From contig JAZNWU010000027.1 in NCBI GenBank assembly GCA_045593555.1, forward strand, positions 8,234 through 72,233: a stretch of DNA of 64,000 nucleotides, written 5' to 3'. Of the stretch, positions 55,386 through 64,000 are shown one piece after another. A program made the position numbers and the translations under genes. The notes beneath the pieces were generated by a model. It made no database searches and had not been told where the DNA came from. It saw nothing but the letters and a program-made list of their open reading frames with translations. How positions within the stretch are numbered: position 1 is the stretch's first letter; every line of letters begins with the position of its first letter. The DNA is from Candidatus Fimenecus sp. GTDB taxonomy: Bacteria; Bacillota; Clostridia; Oscillospirales; Acutalibacteraceae.

Positions 55386-56306
55386 GTGAACAATACTGAA
55401 TACGCTGTTCCTGCAAAAAGTCAAAGCGGAAAATATCTTTTTGCATATTTTGTAGGCAATGAGCCTGAACAAGAGCGAATTCATTTTGCAGTAAGTGAAG
55501 ACGGATATAATTTTGAAGCACTCAATAATAATGAGCCTATTATCGTCCAGACAAAAGGAAAACAATGTGTCCGTGACCCATATATCGTAAAAGGTCAGGA
55601 CGGATATTACTATATAATTGGCACAGATATGAAAAGTAAAGAAGGTTGGACTTCTAATCACGCACTTGTCACTTGGAAATCAAAAGATTTAGTTAATTGG
55701 ACAGACGAAACAATCATAGATATGTGTGATTTTGGTGGAGTTTTTACCACCACTACAAGAGCATGGGCACCACAGGCATTGTGGGATGAAAAAGAAAAAA
55801 TGTATATGGTATATTGGGCACATTCTGACCTGAAAAATGATATTGCTCAAATGTATTATGCTTATACATCAGATTTCAAAACTATAACTGAGCCAAAACT
55901 TTTATATGAACGTCCCGGAATTCAAACTATTGACGGTGACATAGCATATAACAAGAACAATGGAAAGTATTATCTTTATTTCAAGCACGACGAAGACCAG
56001 ACAATTGCTTATACAACATCCGAAAATTTATCAGGACCATACAAAGAAGAATCAATCGTCGTTTCTCTTGCAAAAACAGGTGTTGAAGGTAGCGAAATCT
56101 ATAACATCACAGGCACAGACCAGTGGATAATGATTATGGATGAGTACAGCACAGACCGTTTCTTTATGCAACAGACAACTGACTTTGAGAATTTCAAGCC
56201 TGTAAGCCCTGATGATTACAGCATGGATTTCAATCCTCGTCACGGAGCAATAACATCAATTACTGATGAACAGTATGAAGCGTTAATTAAACATTTCGGA
56301 AAATAA
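55386..56306 (+). CDS. Glycoside hydrolase family 43
   Basis: 306 aa from GTG 55386 (AAGGTG RBS). VRDPYIVKGQDGYYYIIGTD, WAPQALWD, GSEIY are five-bladed-propeller GH43 motifs. No signal peptide. Confidence 0.8.
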   Translation: MNNTEYAVPAKSQSGKYLFAYFVGNEPEQERIHFAVSEDGYNFEALNNNEPIIVQTKGKQCVRDPYIVKGQDGYYYIIGTDMKSKEGWTSNHALVTWKSKDLVNWTDETIIDMCDFGGVFTTTTRAWAPQALWDEKEKMYMVYWAHSDLKNDIAQMYYAYTSDFKTITEPKLLYERPGIQTIDGDIAYNKNNGKYYLYFKHDEDQTIAYTTSENLSGPYKEESIVVSLAKTGVEGSEIYNITGTDQWIMIMDEYSTDRFFMQQTTDFENFKPVSPDDYSMDFNPRHGAITSITDEQYEALIKHFGK

Positions 56307-56371
56307 AAAAGACAGGATTTGAGTTTTTTACTCAAAATGAGTCCAATAAAAACGAACAGTAGAAAAAAAGA

Positions 56372-56407
56372 CCACCTATAGTAGAATTAAGTATCTACCT
56401 TAGGTGG
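56372..56407 (-). terminator. Intrinsic terminator after the GT2 gene
   Basis: CCACCTA...TAGGTGG stem with inner GTAG/CTAC pairing, then TCTTTTTTTCT on the minus strand. Confidence 0.7.
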
Positions 56408-56436
56408 AATTTTTATGACTATAAGTTATCTACGTG

Positions 56437-57504
56437 TTAAAGATTACGAATAAGAAACTGAACAATTTTTAAAAAGAAGGTTCCACAAGAAACATGACAA
56501 AACCAAATTACTTTTTGACTGTAAATTCCATAAAACTTTTCCCACAACAACATTAGAAAATAACCCCAATATGTGTGTGAATGTATATAGACCCAATCAA
56601 AAATCTTACCCAATATATCCGTCCTTGTGGTTTGATACGATTTAATAAGGGTACATTCAGTTGGTCTTTTACAAGGAAACAAACCATTCTTTTTCATTGA
56701 TTTAATGATTTGCTTCCTTTCATTTTTAGGCATTTTAGCAGATAAATTCAAGGTATACCAAGTAAATGACATCATCAAGTTCGCTGAAGCAACAGAATTA
56801 CCTATCTTATTATCATAATACTCTTTCATTATTCTAGCAGAAATGAACTGGGACTTGATTTTCTTTTTATTTGCAACAACATCAAATGAAGTCATAGCAG
56901 AGTTTTCACGATTTCTATAAAGATACAGTGGTTTATCTACAACATAAAGAGTAGGATTATGAGAATTTATTTCGAACATAAAAACACTGTCTTCACAATA
57001 AGCTAAATCGGTATTAAATTTGCATTTATGTTCACAAATAAAAGAACGTGACAATAAACTTGAACACACGTTACTATCTGTTGCATTTGAATTTGTTTTA
57101 AGCTCGTCGTCATTAACATAATGACTGACGTCGCCACTAAAAATGAACATACCAACTCTTATTCTGTCAACATTGTTTTCTGTTATGACAGATTTAAGAC
57201 TTAGCAGCGATTTATTCTTTAACACATCATCGGAATCAAAAAACCAAATATATTTACCTTTTGCTATGTCAATACCAACGTTTCTTGCTGATGAAACACC
57301 ACCATTTTCTTTATCTATAACAACTACATTATGATATTTTGAGGAATACTTATGTAAAATACTCGAACTTCCGTCTGTGGAACCATCATTTACACAAATT
57401 ATTTCATATTCATCGTGAGAAATGTTTTGATTAAGAAGAGAATCGAGGCACTCCTCAAGGTATAATTCAGTATTATACACCGGAACGATAAAACTAATAA
57501 GCAT
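56437..57504 (-). CDS. Family 2 glycosyltransferase
   Basis: 355 aa. SFIVPVYNTELYLEECLDSL, NDGSTDGS, DSDD. Confidence 0.85.
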   Translation of the reverse strand: MLISFIVPVYNTELYLEECLDSLLNQNISHDEYEIICVNDGSTDGSSSILHKYSSKYHNVVVIDKENGGVSSARNVGIDIAKGKYIWFFDSDDVLKNKSLLSLKSVITENNVDRIRVGMFIFSGDVSHYVNDDELKTNSNATDSNVCSSLLSRSFICEHKCKFNTDLAYCEDSVFMFEINSHNPTLYVVDKPLYLYRNRENSAMTSFDVVANKKKIKSQFISARIMKEYYDNKIGNSVASANLMMSFTWYTLNLSAKMPKNERKQIIKSMKKNGLFPCKRPTECTLIKSYQTTRTDILGKIFDWVYIHSHTYWGYFLMLLWEKFYGIYSQKVIWFCHVSCGTFFLKIVQFLIRNL

Positions 57505-57544
57505 ATATAATTTCCTTTGCTTTTATTTAATTATATTTCGAAAA

Positions 57545-58654
57545 TTAGTTGATTTTATAAACATTTTTTATTGCATTACACCAGTTTTCAATACTGTATT
57601 TTTCAATAAACTCATTAGAGTTCGATGGTGCATTTCTATCAAGCTGTATAGCTTGTTCAATGGCTTTTGCACATGAAATATAATCCTCAGTCGGGTAAAC
57701 AAAAGACTTATCATAACTATGAGACCATACTGTGGCAGGAATATCGCTCACAACAAGTGGTGTATTCTGAGAAATTGCCTCAAGCACACCATACGAAAAA
57801 GACTCTGTACGACTTGCCGACAAATAAACATCCGCGGCCTTATGGTATGCAAATATATCATCAGTGCTTTCAAGAAACTTAATAAAAGGACTACGAGGAT
57901 CAACACTTGTGAACTCTTTTATAGATTTTAGACTATCGTCACTGGGGGTGTCGCTATGACCAACAACACCTAAAACTATGTTGGGATTTGATTTGCTTAT
58001 TTTTTCAACGGCCTTAAAAGCAATATCCATCCCTTTAGTATGTAAATGCCAACCTAAAAACAAACATAGTTTCTGGTTGTCTTTAATACCAAGTTTATTA
58101 CGCATTTCTTCCCTTGTGGCAAACTTATTTACGTTTCTATTAAAGGAAATGCCATTTGGAACAAAAAAACGTTTCGCAAAAATATAATACTTACATTTTC
58201 TTTCATTTACGCACACAATGCTTATGTTGTTCATTCTGTATCTTAATGATGTAAGTGCACAATAAGCTTTTTGTTTTACAAGATTAACTTGAGGATTGAA
58301 CTCCATATGGTCATGAACGAAAATTTTAACACCAAGTGATTTTGCGTAATTCAGAATAATTCCATGATAAATTCCGAAGTGCAAATGTAAAATATCAATA
58401 TTATTTTTATCAATAATTTCTTTTAAATAAGTCAGTGCCTCTTCTCCGGTTGTATGTTTTGCAAGAAATACTTTAAAGCCTTCATTTTTAAGCCAATGAA
58501 CCCAAGAATTTTCTGACAATGTATTGGGGGCTTCAGGAAAAATAAAGAATATTTTATGATTGTTTTTTTTCAAATCCCTACCCAACTCAACTAAGGAACC
58601 AATAAAGTTACCGCTTGCAGGAGTGGAATAATCCGCAGCAATTAAAACATTCAT
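57545..58654 (-). CDS. Family 4 (GT-B) glycosyltransferase
   Basis: 369 aa. C-terminal ...SASRTESFSYGVLEAISQNTPLVVSDI (the E-x7-E region). Confidence 0.85.
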   Translation of the reverse strand: MNVLIAADYSTPASGNFIGSLVELGRDLKKNNHKIFFIFPEAPNTLSENSWVHWLKNEGFKVFLAKHTTGEEALTYLKEIIDKNNIDILHLHFGIYHGIILNYAKSLGVKIFVHDHMEFNPQVNLVKQKAYCALTSLRYRMNNISIVCVNERKCKYYIFAKRFFVPNGISFNRNVNKFATREEMRNKLGIKDNQKLCLFLGWHLHTKGMDIAFKAVEKISKSNPNIVLGVVGHSDTPSDDSLKSIKEFTSVDPRSPFIKFLESTDDIFAYHKAADVYLSASRTESFSYGVLEAISQNTPLVVSDIPATVWSHSYDKSFVYPTEDYISCAKAIEQAIQLDRNAPSNSNEFIEKYSIENWCNAIKNVYKIN

Positions 58655-58765
58655 TTTATCACCTACTAATTATCAGTATTTTAATGATATCAAACAAATA
58701 AAATAATGTCAACAAATCCAAACAACCGAGATAATATAATTCGCTGTTTTAGTTGTAAAATAAAA

Positions 58766-58945
58766 ACACTTTTCTTTTATCACATAACAGAATTCAGCGT
58801 ATACATCCATTTCTACAATAACGAAAGAATCCAACTTAAAACAAAACTGACTTCGCTTGAAAGCGAAATCAGTTTATTGTTTAAATATTTAATATTTAAC
58901 ATCATAGAAGGGATGTACTGTTTATGCAATTGGGGACAGTTCACT
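58766..58945 (+). mobile_element. IS3-family insertion sequence remnant (last ~30 codons of the transposase plus right terminal repeat)
   Basis: Translation ...EFSVYIHFYNNERIQLKTKL matches the conserved YIxxYNxxRxxxxL C-terminus of IS3/IS150 OrfB. The reverse complement of the downstream end reads TGAACTGTCCCCAATTGC, a typical TG...CCCCAA IS3-type inverted repeat. No upstream transposase body is present. Confidence 0.5.
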
Positions 58946-58963
58946 CTTTTCCTGTCTTTCATT

Positions 58964-59194
58964 CTATAGTGATTTAATTTTTGCGATGCAATCTTCACAT
59001 ATTCCAAATTCTTTATTAATATTCTCTTCTGCTCCACAAATTTTGCAGTCAGGAGTAAGCTTTTCAACAATAATTTTTCCGTCTTTTTCTGTAATTCGTA
59101 CCTCTGCGAGGTCGTCTATTCCGGTCTTTTTTCTATATTCAGCTGGAAGCACAATTCTTCCCATATGGTCTAATTTTCGCACAAATTGTGTCAT
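58964..59194 (-). CDS. AbrB/SpoVT-type swapped-hairpin DNA-binding domain fused to a C-terminal CxxC...CxxC zinc ribbon
   Basis: 76 aa from ATG 59194 (GAGAGGTGA RBS). VRKLDHMGRIVLPAEYRKKTGI is an AbrB/MazE motif, followed by CKICGAEENINKEFGICEDC. Confidence 0.75.
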   Translation of the reverse strand: MTQFVRKLDHMGRIVLPAEYRKKTGIDDLAEVRITEKDGKIIVEKLTPDCKICGAEENINKEFGICEDCIAKIKSL

Positions 59195-59360
59195 AACTTT
59201 CACCTCTCAACATTATTTGACATATTTTACCATAACATATTAGCATATTTTTGTCGATAAAGAAAGAATTAAATAAAAATTTTTTTAATTTAGTATTTGT
59301 TGAAATACATTATATATTGTGATAAAATATTTCAAAACTATTTTTTACAGGTGATACATT

Positions 59361-60548
59361 ATGGATTATTATTTTTCAAAAAGAATTTCTGAACTTCAGC
59401 CATCAGCAATTCGTGAGATTTTAAAGGCTACTCAGGACCCATCAATAATTCCATTTGCGGCAGGAAATCCTGATGCCGCGGCATTCCCTATTGATGAGGT
59501 TAAAAAGATTTCAGCAGAAATTTTTGAAAATTCTCCTGTTACTGCTTTACAGTATGGCGTTACAGAAGGTTACAAGCCACTTATCGACAGACTTACTGCT
59601 TTTGTTAAAGACAGATATAATATAGGAAAGGATTTTGACTCACTTATTGTCACATCTGGTGCACAGCAGGTTATGGACCTTGCAACAAAATCTCTTTGTG
59701 ATTTTGACGATACAGTTATCTGTGAATGTCCTTCATTCATCGGTTCTCTTAACTGCTTCCGTTCATATGGTTGTAAACTTGCAGGTGTGCCTGTTGAGGC
59801 TGACGGAATGAATATTGAACAATTGGAAGAAACTATTAAAAATGCTGTTAATCCAAGATTTATTTACACAATTCCTAACTTCCAGAATCCATCAGGTGCT
59901 ACTATGAGCCTTGAAAAGAGAAAAGCTGTTTATGAACTTGCTAAAAAGTATGGTTTACTTATTCTTGAAGATAACCCATATGGTGATTTGAGAGTTTCAG
60001 GCGAAGATGTTCCATCAATCAAGAGTTTTGATGAAGACGGAATCGTAATTTACGCAGGTTCATTCTCAAAGCTTTTAGCACCCGGTATCCGTGTAGGTTA
60101 TATAGTTGCTCCATCACAGATTATTGCTAAAATGACAGTTGGTAAACAGGCTGCTGACGTTCATACTCCTGTTTTCTCACAGATGCTTGTTGACAAATGG
60201 ATGGAACAGAATGATGTTAATGCACATATTGAAAAAATCCGCAACATTTATCGTGAAAAGTTAAATCTTATGTGCGACCTCATTGACTCGGAGCTTGGTG
60301 ACTTTGTTAAATATGTTCGTCCTGAAGGTGGACTTTTCGTATGGTGCGAGCTTCCTGAAAACGTAAATATGCTTGATTTTGTAAAAGAGTGTATCGCAAA
60401 TAAAGTTGCAGTTGTACCCGGAACAGCATTTATGATAAATGATGAAGAAACAAACTGTTTCAGAATGAATTTCTCAACACCTTCAAAAGAAAAGATTATT
60501 GAAGGAATGAAAATTTTAGGTAAGGTTAAGGAAAAATATATTGGATAA
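59361..60548 (+). CDS. PLP-dependent aminotransferase, class I/II (2-aminoadipate/aromatic aminotransferase-like)
   Basis: 395 aa. YTIPNFQNPSG, GSFSKLLAPGIRVGY (PLP lysine). Confidence 0.85.
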   Translation: MDYYFSKRISELQPSAIREILKATQDPSIIPFAAGNPDAAAFPIDEVKKISAEIFENSPVTALQYGVTEGYKPLIDRLTAFVKDRYNIGKDFDSLIVTSGAQQVMDLATKSLCDFDDTVICECPSFIGSLNCFRSYGCKLAGVPVEADGMNIEQLEETIKNAVNPRFIYTIPNFQNPSGATMSLEKRKAVYELAKKYGLLILEDNPYGDLRVSGEDVPSIKSFDEDGIVIYAGSFSKLLAPGIRVGYIVAPSQIIAKMTVGKQAADVHTPVFSQMLVDKWMEQNDVNAHIEKIRNIYREKLNLMCDLIDSELGDFVKYVRPEGGLFVWCELPENVNMLDFVKECIANKVAVVPGTAFMINDEETNCFRMNFSTPSKEKIIEGMKILGKVKEKYIG

Positions 60549-61419
60549 GAAAAATTACACACTCACTGACCTTTCTGTTATCAAAAAGGTTATGGGTGAC
60601 CACGATGTTACATTTTCAAAAGGTTTGGGACAAAACTTCCTTGTGAACCCAACTGTCTGTCCTCGTATGGCAGAAGCTGTACGAGAAAGCACAGACGGCA
60701 AAATTGGCGTGCTTGAAATCGGTGCAGGTGTTGGTGTCCTTACAAAAGAATTACTCGAAAGATGTGATAAGGTTGTCTGTATTGAGCTTGACACAAGACT
60801 TTTTCCTGTGCTTAATGACACACTTGCAGGATATGATAATTTAACACTTATCAATGAAGATATTCTTAAAGCAGACCTTCAGAAAATCATTAAAGAACAA
60901 TTTGACGGAATGGAAATATTTGTTTGTGCAAACTTGCCATACTACATTACATCACCCGTTATAATGCGACTTTTAGAGGAAAAATTACCTTTCAGTAAAA
61001 TAATTGTTATGGTACAGAAAGAAGCCGGTGACCGACTTTGTGCAAAAGTTGGCTCAAGAGAAAGCGGTGCTGTAACAGTTGCTGTCAATTATTATGCAGA
61101 GGCAAAGAAACTTTTTGATGTTTCCCGTGGTTCATTTTTTCCAAGTCCAAAAGTTGACAGCTGTGTCATTCAACTTGACCTTACTAAAAAAGGTAACTAT
61201 GAAGTAACCGATGAATCCGTTTTCTTTAAAATGGTGAAATCTGCTTTTGCACAAAGAAGAAAAACAATTCTCAATTCTGTTTCAAATGGTATGGGTATTC
61301 CGAAAGAAAAATTATTACTTGCAATTGAAAAATCAGGTCTTTCTGCAACAGCCCGTGCAGAAGCACTTACAATGGAAGAATTAGTAACACTTTCAAATAA
61401 TATTTGTGAGGTTAAATAG
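60541..61419 (+). CDS. rsmA: 16S rRNA (adenine1518/1519-N6)-dimethyltransferase
   Basis: 292 aa from TTG 60541, overlapping the upstream stop. KGLGQNFL, VLEIGAGVGVLT, NLPYYITSP. Confidence 0.9.
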   Translation: MDKKNYTLTDLSVIKKVMGDHDVTFSKGLGQNFLVNPTVCPRMAEAVRESTDGKIGVLEIGAGVGVLTKELLERCDKVVCIELDTRLFPVLNDTLAGYDNLTLINEDILKADLQKIIKEQFDGMEIFVCANLPYYITSPVIMRLLEEKLPFSKIIVMVQKEAGDRLCAKVGSRESGAVTVAVNYYAEAKKLFDVSRGSFFPSPKVDSCVIQLDLTKKGNYEVTDESVFFKMVKSAFAQRRKTILNSVSNGMGIPKEKLLLAIEKSGLSATARAEALTMEELVTLSNNICEVK

Positions 61420-61674
61420 ATGAATTATAAATACAAAACCCGTGGCACATGTTCACGAGAAATCAGTTTCGAATTAGAAAACGGAATAGTAAAGAATATT
61501 TCCTTTTACGGTGGTTGTAACGGAAATCTCAAAGGTATTTCTGCTTTAGCAGAAGGCAAACCTGCCGAAGAAGTTATCGAAAGCCTTAAAGGAATTAAAT
61601 GCGGTTTTAAACCTACCTCCTGCCCTGACCAATTAGCAATTGCACTCCAAGAGGCATTAAATGAACAAAACTAA
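61420..61674 (+). CDS. TSCPD-domain small protein (TIGR03905-type, conserved Cys pairs)
   Basis: 84 aa. YKTRGTCSREISFELENG...FYGGCNGNLKGIS...TSCPDQLA. Confidence 0.8.
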   Translation: MNYKYKTRGTCSREISFELENGIVKNISFYGGCNGNLKGISALAEGKPAEEVIESLKGIKCGFKPTSCPDQLAIALQEALNEQN

Positions 61675-63016
61675 TAATTTCAAACCTGCCTCAAAAGTTG
61701 CAATTGAAACGCTGAAAGCTAATAACTTTGAGGCATTTTTAATCGGTGGCAGTGTGCGTGACTATATTATGAATTTGCCTATTGGCGACATTGATATCAC
61801 AACAAACGCTACACCCATACAGGTTAAAGAGGTATTCAAGGATTTTCGTGTTATTGATACGGGTATAAAACACGGTACAGTTACTGTACTTATCGATAAA
61901 GAGCCTATTGAAATAACCACATACAGAAGCGAAGGAATTTATTCCGATAATCGTCATCCTGATAGTGTTGCTTTTTCAAAATCACTTTCAGATGATGTTA
62001 TTCGTCGTGATTTCACAATGAATGCTATCGCATACAACTTTTCATCAGGTTTTTGTGACCTTGTAGATGGAATCAAAGATATTGAAAACAAAACTATCCG
62101 CTGTATTGGTGATGCAGAAACAAGATTTCGTGAAGATGCTTTAAGAATTCTTCGTGCTTTAAGGTTTTCTTCTGTTTTGGGTTTTACTATTGAAGAAAAT
62201 ACAAAAAATGCAATTCACAAATGTAAAGAATTATTAAGCAACATTTCAGCTGAAAGAATACAAGTAGAATTTTTGAAGTTGGTTTGTGGAAAAAATGCTT
62301 ACAATGTTTTGCAAGAATTTTCAGATGTTATTGCTGTATTTATTCCTGAAATCAAACTTTGTGTCGGCTTTGAGCAAAAAAATCGACATCATTGTTATGA
62401 TGTTTATACTCACATTTTGAAATCAATAGAAAAAAGCAACCCTGACCCAATTATTCGTCTTTCGCTCTTTTTTCACGATATCGCTAAGCCTTATGTTGCT
62501 CATTTTGACGAAAAAGGAGAACAACATTACTATGGTCATCCCAAAAAGAGTGCTGAGATTGCAGATATAATACTGACTCGACTTCGTTTTGATAATGACA
62601 CAAAAAAGAAAGTTGTAACTCTTGTCGCCTTTCACGATTCACCTATAATGGTTAATAACAGTGTTCTTCCCGACAAAAAACGGCTGAAAAGAATAATGTC
62701 ACAAATTGGAAAAGAACTGATATTTGATTTAATCCATATCAAATATTGCGACAACTCTGCTCAAAACCCTGAATACTATCGTGGTGATGAGTTTTATGAA
62801 AAAACTTATGATATGATAAATGAAATTATTAATGAACAAGAATGTTTTTCAGTAAAGGACTTAAAAATCAATGGTAATGATTTAATTGCTATGGGATTCA
62901 AAGGCAGGGAAATCGGGAAAATTCTTGATTCTGTTCTTGACCTTGTAATCAGTGACAAGCTCCGGAATGAAATCAACGAAATTACAGTTTTTGTTGAATC
63001 TCAATTTAAAACTTGA
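61661..63016 (+). CDS. cca: CCA-adding tRNA nucleotidyltransferase with HD domain
   Basis: 451 aa. IGGSVRDYIMNLPIGDIDITT, RRDFTMNA, HD-type HHCYDVYTH...HDIAKP. Confidence 0.85.
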   Translation: MNKTNNFKPASKVAIETLKANNFEAFLIGGSVRDYIMNLPIGDIDITTNATPIQVKEVFKDFRVIDTGIKHGTVTVLIDKEPIEITTYRSEGIYSDNRHPDSVAFSKSLSDDVIRRDFTMNAIAYNFSSGFCDLVDGIKDIENKTIRCIGDAETRFREDALRILRALRFSSVLGFTIEENTKNAIHKCKELLSNISAERIQVEFLKLVCGKNAYNVLQEFSDVIAVFIPEIKLCVGFEQKNRHHCYDVYTHILKSIEKSNPDPIIRLSLFFHDIAKPYVAHFDEKGEQHYYGHPKKSAEIADIILTRLRFDNDTKKKVVTLVAFHDSPIMVNNSVLPDKKRLKRIMSQIGKELIFDLIHIKYCDNSAQNPEYYRGDEFYEKTYDMINEIINEQECFSVKDLKINGNDLIAMGFKGREIGKILDSVLDLVISDKLRNEINEITVFVESQFKT

Positions 63017-63085
63017 CTTTGATTTGTCGTTTTTCTATAATCATTATGTAAATACAAATTATAACTATAAGGAGCGAATTATAAA

Positions 63086-63916
63086 ATGAAAAAAGTTATA
63101 TCCATAGTTTTAGCAGTGCTTATGCTTTTCGCAATGGTACCTGCTGTTTGTGCAGCAAGCACACCTAAAATCACAACAACTGTTGACAAAACAAGTGTTT
63201 CTAAAGGTGATATTGTTACATTGACTGCAAAGGTTTCATCAAACTCTAACCTTTGTGCATTGACTTATGAAATTTCTTATGACGCATCTGCTTTTGAAGT
63301 TGTTAAAAACTCAGAGAAATGTAATGGTGTTTTTGGTGCAGAGTCATACAATACCAAGTCAGGTTTAATTAAATATTTAGGTGCATCAACAGATGCCATC
63401 AGCAATGCATCACAAACTATTTTTACAGTTCAGTTCAAAGCATTGAAGTCCAGTGGCACAATTTCTGTTGCTGTTACAGAAGCATATACTGCTAATGGTA
63501 CTAGTGAAATTAATGTTACATCAGCAGTTAATTCTGCATCAGCAAAAACCTTTACTTTTGCATCAGCTTTATCTTCATACTATTTAAGTATAAGAACACC
63601 ATCAAGAACATCAATTCGTTATAAGGACGGTATCGTTCTTCATGCAGATGCAAACAGAACTCTTCCTTCAGGTTCAAAAATTAAGTGGAGCACAAACAAC
63701 AGCAATTTCAAAACAACTGCTTCAGAGGATGGCAAGAGCTTAACTATCGTTTCAGATTCAAATGGTAATACTTCAATTACTGCTACACTTTACAGCTCAA
63801 GTGGTGCAAAACTGGATTCTGTTACTATTGAAATGACATCAAAGGCAGGTTTCTTTGATAAAATCGGGGGTTTCTTCCGTGACCTTTTCAACGCTACAAA
63901 AATTTACGCTGAATAA
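63086..63916 (+). CDS. Secreted protein with N-terminal cohesin-like domain
   Basis: 276 aa. Signal peptide VLAVLMLFAMVPAVCAAS. KGDIVTLTAKVSSNSNLCALTYEISYDASAFEVV resembles the cohesin beta-sandwich start. Confidence 0.45.
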   Translation: MKKVISIVLAVLMLFAMVPAVCAASTPKITTTVDKTSVSKGDIVTLTAKVSSNSNLCALTYEISYDASAFEVVKNSEKCNGVFGAESYNTKSGLIKYLGASTDAISNASQTIFTVQFKALKSSGTISVAVTEAYTANGTSEINVTSAVNSASAKTFTFASALSSYYLSIRTPSRTSIRYKDGIVLHADANRTLPSGSKIKWSTNNSNFKTTASEDGKSLTIVSDSNGNTSITATLYSSSGAKLDSVTIEMTSKAGFFDKIGGFFRDLFNATKIYAE

Positions 63917-63934
63917 TTAGTTTTTACAATAATT

Positions 63935-63964
63935 ACAGGGCAGGATTATCTGTCCTGTTTTTTG
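63935..63964 (+). terminator. Intrinsic terminator
   Basis: ACAGGGCAG/CTGTCCTGT stem followed by TTTTTTG. Confidence 0.7.
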
Positions 63965-64000
63965 TTTGCTTTTTGTCGAAAATGGTATTATAATCCTCTT

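Overview
AT-rich Firmicutes/Clostridia-type chromosomal segment. The gene repertoire (cohesin-like secreted protein, GH36/GH4/GH43 enzymes, archaeal-type ProRS, GluRS plus GlnRS, a sporulation-style Cys-rich protein) suggests a Ruminococcaceae/Oscillospiraceae-like gut anaerobe; this is inference. About 55 densely packed protein genes, mostly on the minus strand. Housekeeping genes dominate: proS, acpP-like ACP, gltX, glnS, prfB, proBA, pnp, rpsO, mreBCD plus PBP2, rsmA, cca, rlmD. Carbohydrate genes include a GH36-GH4-PfkB-MATE-FGGY operon, GH43, a galactokinase-like kinase and GT2/GT4. There is one stand-alone 5S rRNA gene (45276-45390, minus) with its own promoter and terminator. I found no tRNA, CRISPR array, intact mobile element, prophage or recognisable defence genes; the only mobile-DNA trace is an IS3-family 3'-end remnant near 58.8 kb. 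The best candidate for something undescribed is a tightly coupled operon at 21.8-26.2 kb: an M23/LysM/G5 wall hydrolase, an HPr-kinase-like P-loop protein, a PqqD-type RiPP recognition element and an ABC exporter, with no precursor peptide, cyclase or radical SAM enzyme visible. Other items worth a second look: an XRE-HTH/TM/lipase fusion co-transcribed with HAD and SIS enzymes; a six-gene M42-M42-GNAT-YnbB-phosphohexomutase-ACP operon; a ~10% cysteine protein behind a sigmaK/E-like promoter; an 804-aa acidic-tail/TM/extracellular protein next to the mre operon; a ~190-nt structured leader ending in an intrinsic terminator just upstream of a zinc-ribbon gene; and several short GC-rich REP-like intergenic elements. 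All calls come from reading the sequence and ORF translations; no database search was run.
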